A stretch of DNA of 64,000 bases from Deltaproteobacteria bacterium (lineage in GTDB: Bacteria; Desulfobacterota; Syntrophia; Syntrophales; UBA8958), in contig JAPLJZ010000236.1 in NCBI GenBank assembly GCA_026388335.1, positions 9,295-73,294 on the forward strand, given 5' to 3'. This document shows positions 16,597 through 25,267 of this stretch, in pieces. The notes below the pieces were generated by a model. It did not search any database and had not been told where the DNA came from. It saw only the letters and a list, made by a program, of their open reading frames with translations. Made by a program: the position numbers and the translations under genes. The stretch's first letter is position 1. Each line of letters begins with the position of its first letter.

Positions 16597-17775
16597 CATG
16601 CAACCATCGATCATGCCCTCTTTTCGCTGATCAACCATCAGCCGACGCCATGTCTCCCGGAAGTTCTGGCTTCCCCGGAATTATTTCCCTACCTTGAGAT
16701 GAACGGCGTCGCCGGAGTGCTGTTTTACCACCTCCAAAGAGCGGGTCTCCAACAGCTCGCCCCTCCGGACTGTTATGAAGCCCTTCATGACCGTTTCCAT
16801 TTCCAGATCAGAAGAAATATGGCGTGTGCGGCCGCGGCAAAGATAGTTTTTCGCCTGTTGCACACGGCAGGCATCCCTTTCCTGGTCTTGAAGGGCATCG
16901 CCCTTGCCGAACATGTTTATCCCCACTTTGCCATGCGCACCACCTCGGACCTGGATATTCTGATCCGCAAAGACGACCTGTTGCGCGCCGATCTGGCCCT
17001 GACGCAAGCCGGTTATCAATCCTGGGACAGCACCCCCCAACAGGCGCTGCTCAATCCCCCGGGTTATCTTGCCAGCCTCGAATACCACAAACCGGGGATA
17101 GCCTTCGCCTACATCCATCTCCACTGGCATCTTGTCAATACCTCAACCCCCGCCACTGCCTTCATTAATCAAGTGGATATGGAGCGAATATGGGAGAAAT
17201 CCGTCGTTGCGAAAGTGGCTGCTACGGAAGTCCGTCTCCTCTGTCCGGAGCATCTCATCATCTATCTTTGTGAGCATGCCTTGCGGGTCGGCCATTCCTT
17301 TGACCGCCTCATCCTCGTCTGCGATATTCTCTATGCCGTCAAAACTTATAAGGCCCACCTTGACTGGAATAACGTGGCCACGGAGGCGAAAGCCTTGGGC
17401 CTGCTGAATTTTGCCTATCTTGGTCTGAAGATTGTTCAGTTCTATGGGGGGCAGGAATTCTTGATTAATGACGTATTAAAGAAACTTGCCCCCCCTTCCC
17501 TCTCCCGGACGGAGCGTCTCTTTCTTTCCCTTCAGGAAAACCATTACCGTATGCGCGGGAGCAGCTATCTCGTCTATCTGGCCCTGAGCAAGGGGCCAGT
17601 AAATAAGATGAGCCTGATCCTGCGCACCATTTTTCCACCCCGCCCCATTCTCGCCCAGCGGGGGCGATGTAAATTGCATACACAGACAAATACTTTGTAT
17701 TTTCATAGAATTCGTGAAATAACGTCCCATCTTTACAAAATGTTGAAGCTTTGTTATCGGACAATTTATCCATAG
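16537..17775 (+). CDS. NTP_transf_5-like (uncharacterised nucleotidyltransferase family) protein
   Basis: Start at ATG 16537 or 16597. The 656-aa ORF from 15805 is antisense to two good genes upstream of this point. Family recognised from ...NGVAGVLFYHLQRAGL...IPFLVLKGIALAEHVYPHFAMRTTSDLDILIRKDDLLRADLALTQAGYQ (from memory; needs an HMM check). Confidence 0.6.
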   Translation: MNFKIFSSFFSPPLLSYPSMHATIDHALFSLINHQPTPCLPEVLASPELFPYLEMNGVAGVLFYHLQRAGLQQLAPPDCYEALHDRFHFQIRRNMACAAAAKIVFRLLHTAGIPFLVLKGIALAEHVYPHFAMRTTSDLDILIRKDDLLRADLALTQAGYQSWDSTPQQALLNPPGYLASLEYHKPGIAFAYIHLHWHLVNTSTPATAFINQVDMERIWEKSVVAKVAATEVRLLCPEHLIIYLCEHALRVGHSFDRLILVCDILYAVKTYKAHLDWNNVATEAKALGLLNFAYLGLKIVQFYGGQEFLINDVLKKLAPPSLSRTERLFLSLQENHYRMRGSSYLVYLALSKGPVNKMSLILRTIFPPRPILAQRGRCKLHTQTNTLYFHRIREITSHLYKMLKLCYRTIYP

Positions 17776-17911
17776 GGAGGTTTCTGATAGCGCAATTTTC
17801 TAACCGGACAATGCCGTGTTTACTATTGATTTTTGATATTTTTTATGTCAAAGTGCGCCCGGAATTGATTGAGCGGATATTTTGAAAACAAGGCAGGGAG
17901 GGGAAGGAAAG

Positions 17912-19150
17912 ATGACCAAAAGTAGTAAAAAAATCTCCTTGATCATTTTGCTATGCCTGATGACGGGCTGTCTTGCCGCCTGCGGATCCGTCGGCGTAGT
18001 AAAGGGTATCCCTGTCAAAACGTATAAGGTCCCGTCGGAGGATCTGGCGTTACTTGAAAAGCAGTCAAAAAAGAATAATGAAGAAATCCTGCAATTGACC
18101 CAGACCCGGCAGAACGCAGTCTTCAAGGAAACAAATGGTGTGCCGGAGTATATCATCGGTCCGGGGGATGTCCTCACTTTGACGTATTGGATGCCCTATT
18201 CCTCCTCTTTATTCACCACCGGACAGCAGACACAGGGCTCCGCCGAAGGGTTTATGCAGACAACCTCTACGGTGACAGTCCGTCCGGACGGTAAAATCAC
18301 CTATAGTTTCGGAGACGATATTCCCGTGGCCGGCCATACGGCCAATGAAGTTCGTGAAATTCTTTTTAACAGGGTTAAGGATTACATCAGAAAACCAAGA
18401 CTCGAGGTTCTCGTCAAGGAATATAAGAGCAAATCGGCCCTTTTATTCGGACGGATCAATAGTCTACAGAGTACACTCGGCATGACCGGGCCCGGTAAAT
18501 ATCCCCTGAAAGAAAAAACGACGATCCTCGATCTCATCATCACGGCGGGAGGACCGGTCACGGGAATTCCACAGCGCAGCCAGCTCAGGACGGACGCCAA
18601 TTATGGCGGCAATGGGGATTTGCGGAAGGTGGATCTCGTCAGAAAAGGGAAGAAGTACACCCTGAATCTCTACAGCGCCCTCTTTGGAGGGGACATGAGC
18701 AATAATGTCATCCTTGATAACGGCGATATTATTACCGTTCCGGATGAGCCCACGTTTGCACGGAGGGTCTATGTCTTCGGTCAGGTGTACAGTCCCGGCG
18801 TCTTCAGCCTGACAGACGTCAATGATTTGTTGATGGCCATCTCCTATACGGGCGGCTACACAGCCCTTGCCGTTCAATCGGACATTAAGATCGTTAGAGA
18901 ATTTGCGGAGAGAAGGGGCAAGCCCCTTGTTCTCTCCGTAAATCTGGATGATATCCTGAAACGGGGTGATATGTCGCAGAACATCGCTCTTCAGGATGGG
19001 GACCTGGTGTACGTGCCGAGAATGTTGATAGGCGACATCAATGAATTTATCGCTAACATCAACCCGCTCATGACTTTCTTTACATCAACGGTACCACCGG
19101 CAACGGTCATGCAAAACTATATGAAAGATACAAGCAGACTTAAATTTTAA
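17912..19150 (+). CDS. Outer-membrane polysaccharide export lipoprotein (Wza/Poly_export + SLBB)
   Basis: ATG 17912 follows GGAGGGGAAGG. Lipobox LLCLMTGCLAAC. Poly_export motif YIIGPGDVLTLTYW. SLBB-like repeats (LDNGDIITVP, LQDGDLVYVP). Confidence 0.85.
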   Translation: MTKSSKKISLIILLCLMTGCLAACGSVGVVKGIPVKTYKVPSEDLALLEKQSKKNNEEILQLTQTRQNAVFKETNGVPEYIIGPGDVLTLTYWMPYSSSLFTTGQQTQGSAEGFMQTTSTVTVRPDGKITYSFGDDIPVAGHTANEVREILFNRVKDYIRKPRLEVLVKEYKSKSALLFGRINSLQSTLGMTGPGKYPLKEKTTILDLIITAGGPVTGIPQRSQLRTDANYGGNGDLRKVDLVRKGKKYTLNLYSALFGGDMSNNVILDNGDIITVPDEPTFARRVYVFGQVYSPGVFSLTDVNDLLMAISYTGGYTALAVQSDIKIVREFAERRGKPLVLSVNLDDILKRGDMSQNIALQDGDLVYVPRMLIGDINEFIANINPLMTFFTSTVPPATVMQNYMKDTSRLKF

Positions 19151-19265
19151 TGACTCTGAAGAATGAACGGAGACCGACAACCATTTATAAAGCAAACGCC
19201 ACGATCAAATATGAAAAAGTGCGATCAGGACGTCATGAAATGGTGAAATCAGGAGAAGCCCATAC

Positions 19266-22184
19266 ATGCTGAAATATGACCTGAACCTCCGGGAATACTG
19301 GCGCATCATCAAGCGCCGCAAACTAATTATTCTCTTCACCGTCATCGTCATGTCCATCTTCAGTTTCATTTCCGCCATCCTGGGTAAGCCCGTACCGATA
19401 TACAAAACAACCTCCACGATCAAAATTGAAAAGAGCGTCTCATATGTGGGCATGAATGCCGTTCAGTCCCTGAGCGGGGCATCCAACGCCATGGAAACCC
19501 AGACCTACGTGATCAAGAGTTACTACATCCTGGAGTTGACGGCCAAGAAGATGGGCCTGATACCCGCAGATCTCTCTCCGGACGAAGTAAGGCAAAACAA
19601 CAAATACATAAATATTATCAATGATTTACAGGAGAGGGTCCAAACGGAACAACGGGGAAACAGCGACCTTGTCGATGTCACCATTACCGCCAACGAACCA
19701 AAATTTGCCACTAATTTTTGCAATACCCTGACGGATGTCTACAGAACCCAGCATTCCCTCGATTTAAACCGGAGAACTATTGAAGGAAAAAAATTCATTG
19801 AAAGCCAGTTTGGCATCTCCAGAGAAAAACTGACCAAATCCGACGAGACTATCAAACGCTTCCGGGAACAGAATAAATGGTCCTCACTGGAGGGAGAATC
19901 ATTGTACTTGGCGAATCAGATCAACCGCCTCCAGACCATCCGTGATCAGGATCAGATCATCATACAGAAGATCAACTCCGCAGCCGCCGCCCTGAATGCG
20001 GCTGAATATTCGCCGTTGACCTCAAAGGTAAATTTTTACTTCGAAGAGGCATCCCCGCCGTACAGGGCACTCAACGACCGGCTGGTGAACCTGATGCTGG
20101 AAAGGGACTCCCTTCTCCAAACATATACGGATAATTTTCCCCAGATTGCGGCTATTAAGACTCTGGTCCACGATACCATCGAAAGCATGAAGGCCCAGTT
20201 AACGTCGCAACGGCGGAATCTCGCGTCCAACATCAGAATATATAACCAGCAGATAGCGGAATCAACCGCCAAATTCAAAAAGCTCCCCGAAAAGGCTCTC
20301 GAACTGACCCGTCTGGATCGTGACGCTGCCATCGCGAAAGAACTATATTCCCTGCTGGAAAGAAGATACCAGGAAACCTTGATCGCGGAGGCCGAAAAGC
20401 TTGACGAAGTTAAGGTCGTGAAGCCCGCCATTGAACCGGCGTCGCCGATCAACCCCCCCAAAACAGGCACCAATACCATTCTTGGAACGGTTTTAGGGCT
20501 GATCCTGGGGGTCGTCTTTGCCTTTCTGATTGAAACCTTTGATACGTCCATCGCCGCCATTGAGGAAGTTGAGGAATTCCTGGGTGTCCAGGTTCTGGGC
20601 GTTATACCCTTTGTTAGCGTCGAAGAAATCAAGACCTTGCTTGGCGACGATCCCGATGTTTCCCTTAACGAAGATAAAGTCCGGCGCTATGCCCGGTTAG
20701 CCGCGCACTTCGTGCCGGCGTCCACGCTTTCCGAGAGTTACAAGGCCCTGCGTACGAGCCTGAATTTTGTCTGCACGGAAAACGATCTTAAAACGATTCT
20801 CTTTACGAGTTCTTCCCCCGGCGAGGGCAAAACATCCATCGTGACCAACCTCGCCATCACCATGGCCCAGATAGGCCAGAAGGTACTCCTCATTGACGGC
20901 GATCTGAGAAGACCCGTTATAGCAAAATTGTTCGGAATTGAACAGATTCCGGGACTTACGGATGTAATCCTGGGCAACTACGAATGGCATAATGTCGTTA
21001 AATCCGTTACAGATCTTATGATGGGCAGGTTGTCCATTGAAGAAATCATGAAGACCCCCGGCCTGGATAACCTCCATATTATTACCAGCGGCACATACTC
21101 GCCCAGTCCCTCCGAAATAATCAATTCCAGGGCCATAGGCGAATTTATGGATAGCATCCGCAAGGAATACGATATTATTCTAATCGACGCTCCGCCGGTG
21201 CTGGCCGCTACCGACGCCGCTCTTTGGAGTTCCCGTGTAGATGGCACGGCCCTTGTCTATCAGGTTGGTAAAATCGCCCGCGGCGCCCTGAGGCGCTCCA
21301 AAATGTCCTTGGAAAATCTGAAAGCCAACGTGATCGGCGTTGTCCTGAACGGCCTGAAAGCGGAGATCAGTCCAGACTTCGGACAGCAGGATTATTACTA
21401 TTATTACTACGGCAGGGAAAAAGCTCCGGTTTCCCTCAGTAAAAAGATCAAGGATAAGATTTTGACTGGTCCACAGAGTATCTGGTATGCTTTAGGCAGT
21501 ATTTTTAGAAAGAAACCGGTCGCGATGCCTGAAGAGGATACACCCACCGGCAACGGAAAGGGAACCGGGAACGGCGAAGATAAGAGAACAGTCATCGCAG
21601 CCAAAATTGATAGCATTAAAACCGAGGAATCAGCCGCGGAGACAAAGAGAGAAAAGAAGCAGGAGAAGGCAAAACCGTGGCTAAAAATTTTCATGATTTT
21701 CCTTTTGATTATTCTTCTGGCCCTCGGCCTCCTCTACCAGGCCGGTTATTTAAAAATACGAAATACCATCAAGTCATCGTGGCAACAGCCCGTCGTCAGT
21801 GAAACCATACCGGTGGCGCCAAAGGAAACGGAAATCGTCAAGACTACGGTGGTTCCACCAACAGCTCCCCTGCCAATAGTTCCCGAAAAAGAAACAGCGG
21901 CCGCAGTGATCCCAGCCAAGGAGGCGGAGGCCGAAAGACCATTTTCAATCCAGATTAAAGCCGTCCCTGCCTCCGAAGAAGCCCGCAGGGATGTGGAAAC
22001 CTTAAAGGCCAAAGGGGAAGACGCATTTTCCATGCGCGTCGCCATCAAAGGCCGTGAGGCATGGGACAGGATCTTTATCGGCCGGTTTGCAACGAAAGAA
22101 GAAGCCGTAAAATATGTGGGGCAAAACAAAATCAAAACCAGATATCCCGGCAGCATCGTACGGAATACGTCAACGAACGATTAA
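19266..22184 (+). CDS. Polysaccharide co-polymerase / BY-family tyrosine autokinase (Wzc-like) with additional C-terminal TM and SPOR domain
   Basis: 972 aa. Wzz-type N-terminus (TM1 LIILFTVIVMSIFSFISAIL, a long coiled periplasmic region, TM2 ILGTVLGLILGVVFAFLI). Kinase Walker A SSSPGEGKTS, A' LLIDGDLRRP, B IILIDAPP. Tyr cluster DYYYYYYG (21393-21410). A Lys/Glu-rich linker, then TM3 (about 21678-21752), a Pro-rich linker, and a SPOR-like fold (FSIQIKAV...RIFIGRFATKEEAVKYV, about 21936-22160). Confidence 0.85.
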   Translation: MLKYDLNLREYWRIIKRRKLIILFTVIVMSIFSFISAILGKPVPIYKTTSTIKIEKSVSYVGMNAVQSLSGASNAMETQTYVIKSYYILELTAKKMGLIPADLSPDEVRQNNKYINIINDLQERVQTEQRGNSDLVDVTITANEPKFATNFCNTLTDVYRTQHSLDLNRRTIEGKKFIESQFGISREKLTKSDETIKRFREQNKWSSLEGESLYLANQINRLQTIRDQDQIIIQKINSAAAALNAAEYSPLTSKVNFYFEEASPPYRALNDRLVNLMLERDSLLQTYTDNFPQIAAIKTLVHDTIESMKAQLTSQRRNLASNIRIYNQQIAESTAKFKKLPEKALELTRLDRDAAIAKELYSLLERRYQETLIAEAEKLDEVKVVKPAIEPASPINPPKTGTNTILGTVLGLILGVVFAFLIETFDTSIAAIEEVEEFLGVQVLGVIPFVSVEEIKTLLGDDPDVSLNEDKVRRYARLAAHFVPASTLSESYKALRTSLNFVCTENDLKTILFTSSSPGEGKTSIVTNLAITMAQIGQKVLLIDGDLRRPVIAKLFGIEQIPGLTDVILGNYEWHNVVKSVTDLMMGRLSIEEIMKTPGLDNLHIITSGTYSPSPSEIINSRAIGEFMDSIRKEYDIILIDAPPVLAATDAALWSSRVDGTALVYQVGKIARGALRRSKMSLENLKANVIGVVLNGLKAEISPDFGQQDYYYYYYGREKAPVSLSKKIKDKILTGPQSIWYALGSIFRKKPVAMPEEDTPTGNGKGTGNGEDKRTVIAAKIDSIKTEESAAETKREKKQEKAKPWLKIFMIFLLIILLALGLLYQAGYLKIRNTIKSSWQQPVVSETIPVAPKETEIVKTTVVPPTAPLPIVPEKETAAAVIPAKEAEAERPFSIQIKAVPASEEARRDVETLKAKGEDAFSMRVAIKGREAWDRIFIGRFATKEEAVKYVGQNKIKTRYPGSIVRNTSTND

Positions 22185-22225
22185 CCGGCAGATTCCCTTG
22201 AAGATGATCTGGAAGGGAGGTAGAG

Positions 22226-22516
22226 ATGCCTGATAGAAAGTTCGCAGATGACTATGGCGCCAATCTTATCAGTAAGCGAAGACACATTCGGAATTACGAG
22301 ACCAGAAAGGCAACGATGAAGTGGGTCGGCATCATCTTCCTCATCGCCGTGATCGTCATTATCCTTGTGAATGTTGTCCCACCGCTACTTAAGAAGTTTG
22401 ATATTGTGGACATTACTTATCGTCCCCGCGACGTCGAAAGGCAATATCATCAAATCCAGAAGACTCGGGATCGAGGTGAGCCAGACAAGATAGAAAAGGG
22501 TAACAGGCAACAGTAA
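22226..22516 (+). CDS. Small single-pass membrane protein, unknown function
   Basis: 96 aa. GGGAGG RBS before ATG 22226, one TM (WVGIIFLIAVIVIILVNVV), and a charged C-terminus. Function unknown. Confidence 0.5.
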   Translation: MPDRKFADDYGANLISKRRHIRNYETRKATMKWVGIIFLIAVIVIILVNVVPPLLKKFDIVDITYRPRDVERQYHQIQKTRDRGEPDKIEKGNRQQ

Positions 22517-22519
22517 TAA

Positions 22520-23921
22520 ATGGGAGCTTACAGCGGAACGACCCCTCAACAGCTCTTTGTCGTCTTTGCAATCATCCTTCTGACGCTTGTAGGGGCTATT
22601 CTCATTTCACATGCGACGATGGGCATCGCTGTTTTCGTCATCATCGGCCTCATTGTGGCCGTATTCACCTTCATCAACACGGAATTTGCCTTGTATGCCC
22701 TGATTATCGCCATGCTTCTGGGCCCTCAGATCGGCCTCGGAGGCCTGGAAGGAACAGGCGCCCGTTCCGAACGCGGTATCACCCTTCGTGTTGACGACTT
22801 CCTCCTGGTCATCATCGGCCTCACCTGGTTTTTTAAAACGGCAGTGGAAAAAGAATTGGGGCTCATGCTGAAGACGCCGTTGAATGGCCCCATCGGCATT
22901 TATGTTCTTGTTTGCGTTATTTCCACGCTTTTCGGCTATATGATGGGAAGGGTCAGAGGATTTACAGGTTTCTTTTTTATTTTGAAATATTTCGAGTACT
23001 ATATCGTCTATTTCATGGCAGTCAACCTCCTCCGGGAAAAGAAACAAATCGAACGTTTTTTGTTAACCATGTTTATCGTCTGCTTTATCGTGAGCCTGTT
23101 TGCCATATTCAGTATGGCCCAGGGAATAAGGGCTTCCGCCCCCTTTGAAGGCGCCACCGGAGAGCCGAATACCCTCGGAGGCTATCTCAATTTTTATGAT
23201 TTCTGTTGCTATGGGTCTCCTCCTGACCTGGGGAACACGTAAACAAAAATATTTATTAGCAATCTTATTGTTCTTCAGTTCCGTTGCCCTCGCCGCCACA
23301 CTTTCAAGGACGTCCTGGATCGCCTTGGGACCCATGGCTTTGTCGTTTCTTTATTTCAGCGACAAGAAAAAAACCATTATGTTCGGAATATTGGTTTGTA
23401 TCATCGCAGCACCCTTTGTTGCTCCGAGAAACGTTAAGGAAAGACTCCTCTTTACCGTAAACCAACCGCATGAAGAGGGGCAAATGAGAGTCGGCAATGT
23501 GCGGGTCGATACCTCCACCTCCGCACGATTAGAATCCATGAAGCTGGTGCTAATGAGAGATTTTGCCAAACAGCCCGTTATCGGCTTCGGCATTACCGGC
23601 TATTCCTTTCTGGATGCCCAGTACGCCCGTGTTCTGGCGGAAACCGGTCTTCTGGGATTGCTAGCTTTTCTCTATCTATTGCGCAGCATTTACCGAAACG
23701 CCAAGGAGACCTATTACCAGACAAATGATCTTTTCTATAAAGGTTTAACGCTCGGTTTTTTAACCGGCTTCTTTGCCTTACTGACCCATAGCATTGGTGC
23801 CAATACCTTTATCATCGTCAGAGTCATGGAGCCATTCTGGTTCGTGACAGCCATGATCATTATGATACCCATTATCGAGGCGCATTCTAAAATTTTACCA
23901 CTAACGGTAACGAAGTCATAA
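22520..23921 (+). pseudogene. O-antigen-ligase/Wzy_C-like EPS polymerase, interrupted by a +1 frameshift near 23189-23195
   Basis: ORF 22520..23242 ends ...APFEGATGEPNTLGGYL and then goes out of family. ORF 23145..23921 continues in the next frame with IFMISVAMGLLL...ATLSRTSWIALGP (the Wzy_C core). The two join cleanly if one base of CAATTTTTA (T5 at 23191-23195) is removed. This could be a real pseudogene, a phase-variable switch or a sequencing error. Confidence 0.7.
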
Positions 23922-23949
23922 AATATCGTATTTCGCCTCAAATTGTCAG

Positions 23950-23965
23950 TCCCGCGAAAGCGGGA
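23950..23965. repeat. Perfect 6-bp stem / GAAA tetraloop hairpin (REP-like element)
   Basis: TCCCGC-GAAA-GCGGGA lies 29 nt after the stop at 23921. The flanking GTCAG...AATCCAG resembles the cccgcgaaagcgggaatcc-type intergenic palindromes common in proteobacterial genomes (from memory). There is only one copy in this window and no T-tract. Confidence 0.4.
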
Positions 23966-24061
23966 ATCCAGTAAAATTGCTGAGTCTATAAATTTTCCGA
24001 TGCCTGCTTCGCCAACAGGCCGTCAATCCCTTCGCGATTCTGTAATCGAGAGGGCGGAGCT

Positions 24062-24090
24062 TTGACATGCATAGTATGGGGGTGTAGAAA
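24062..24090 (+). promoter_or_regulatory. Putative sigma70 promoter ahead of wecB
   Basis: TTGACA at 24062-24067, a 17-nt spacer, then TAGAAA at 24085-24090. Weak -10, by eye only. Confidence 0.25.
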
Positions 24091-24157
24091 CTGTGTTTAT
24101 TCATGACGCGGGGGAAAAACAGCACCTCGATCGGGAAAGGACTGACCCCATCATCAG

Positions 24158-25234
24158 ATGAAAATCGCTACCATCATCGGCGCCCGGCCTCAGTTTATTA
24201 AAGCCGCCACAATATCCCGCGCCATTACAGAACATAATCGGAACAATTCATCGCCCGATATCGAGGAGATTCTTGTCCATACGGGCCAGCACTATGATGA
24301 TGATATGTCGGCCATATTTTTCAGGGAGCTCGAAATTATCAAACAAAACTACAATCTGAACATCGGTTCCGGTTCTCATGGCTGGCAGACAGGGCGGATG
24401 CTAATGGCCATCGAAGAGGTCCTTCTCAAGGAAAAGCCGGATTGGGTGTTGATTTACGGCGATACCAATTCCACGCTGGCCGGCGCCCTTGCCGCGGCGA
24501 AGCTCCATATCCGCATCGCCCATGTCGAGGCGGGCCTCCGCAGCTTCAATCGTCTGATGCCCGAAGAGATCAACCGAATCGTGGCTGATCAGCTCTCCCA
24601 TCTGTTGTTTTGCCCCAGTCAGCTAGCCGTCAACAATCTCGCTGTGGAAGGTATCACCAAGGGCGTCTCGATCACCGGGGATGTCATGGCCGACGCCCTG
24701 CAATTCGCGACGATAAAAGCGCCAGACCATTCGGATATCCTGACCCGCCTGGCTCTTCAGCCGCAGGGCTATCTCCTAGCCACGGTCCATCGCGCCGAAA
24801 ACACGGATGACAACCAAAGACTCAATAATATTCTGTCGGCCTTCGCCGCTTTGAACGAACCCGTTGTCTTCCCCGCCCATCCCCGGACTCGCAAGTTTTT
24901 ACAGGAAGCGGGCTATCAGCCGCCGGAAAACGTTAAGTTAGTCGATCCTGTCGGTTATTTCGACGTCATCACCCTGGAAAAGTCGGCACGGCTCCTTCTC
25001 ACCGACTCAGGGGGCATGCAGAAGGAGGCCTACTGGCTGAAGGTTCCCTGTATAACCCTGCGGGATGAAACGGAATGGATCGAAACAGTGGAACTGGGAT
25101 GGAACATACTGACCGGCGCAGATCATGATCGGATTATCGAGGCGGTTCGTGCTTTTAAAGCGCCCTTCGCGCACCCGCCCCTCTATGGGGACGGCAAGGC
25201 AGCGGCACATTGCCTGAAAGCATTGTTGGAATAA
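24158..25234 (+). CDS. wecB: UDP-N-acetylglucosamine 2-epimerase (non-hydrolysing)
   Basis: 358 aa. MKIATIIGARPQFIKAA..., HTGQHYD, VEAGLRS, DSGGMQKEA: classic WecB/WbpI signatures. Confidence 0.9.
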   Translation: MKIATIIGARPQFIKAATISRAITEHNRNNSSPDIEEILVHTGQHYDDDMSAIFFRELEIIKQNYNLNIGSGSHGWQTGRMLMAIEEVLLKEKPDWVLIYGDTNSTLAGALAAAKLHIRIAHVEAGLRSFNRLMPEEINRIVADQLSHLLFCPSQLAVNNLAVEGITKGVSITGDVMADALQFATIKAPDHSDILTRLALQPQGYLLATVHRAENTDDNQRLNNILSAFAALNEPVVFPAHPRTRKFLQEAGYQPPENVKLVDPVGYFDVITLEKSARLLLTDSGGMQKEAYWLKVPCITLRDETEWIETVELGWNILTGADHDRIIEAVRAFKAPFAHPPLYGDGKAAAHCLKALLE

Positions 25235-25267
25235 AAATAGGTAATTGACCAAAAAGGAATTAATACC

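Noticed and set aside
15805-17775. 656-aa plus-strand ORF, the longest in this region
   Set aside because: Its first 244 codons run antisense through two strongly supported minus-strand genes (the rSAM/SPASM and PqqD genes) and show no family features. Only the part from ATG 16537 (or 16597) resembles a real protein family.
20036-20632. 198-aa minus-strand ORF inside the Wzc gene (similar shadow ORFs lie at 10921-11475, 21746-22156, 25007-25534 and 26315-26905)
   Set aside because: All lie antisense to genes with strong family signatures and lack starts with an RBS.
21393-21410. TAT/TAC codon run, considered as a slippage-prone microsatellite
   Set aside because: It encodes the C-terminal tyrosine cluster expected of BY-kinases, and the mixed TAT/TAC codons do not form a perfect repeat.
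22520-23921. Two separate overlapping genes (22520-23242 and 23145-23921)
   Set aside because: A 98-nt out-of-frame overlap is unlikely. The family-conserved sequence runs continuously across the junction once one base is removed, so a frameshifted single gene is the better model.
23942-24157. 216-nt intergenic region, checked for tRNA, riboswitch, small-RNA or mobile-element remnants
   Set aside because: I found only a single short GAAA-loop hairpin and a weak promoter-like motif. There is no cloverleaf, no inverted-repeat pair, and no transposase fragment that I can support.
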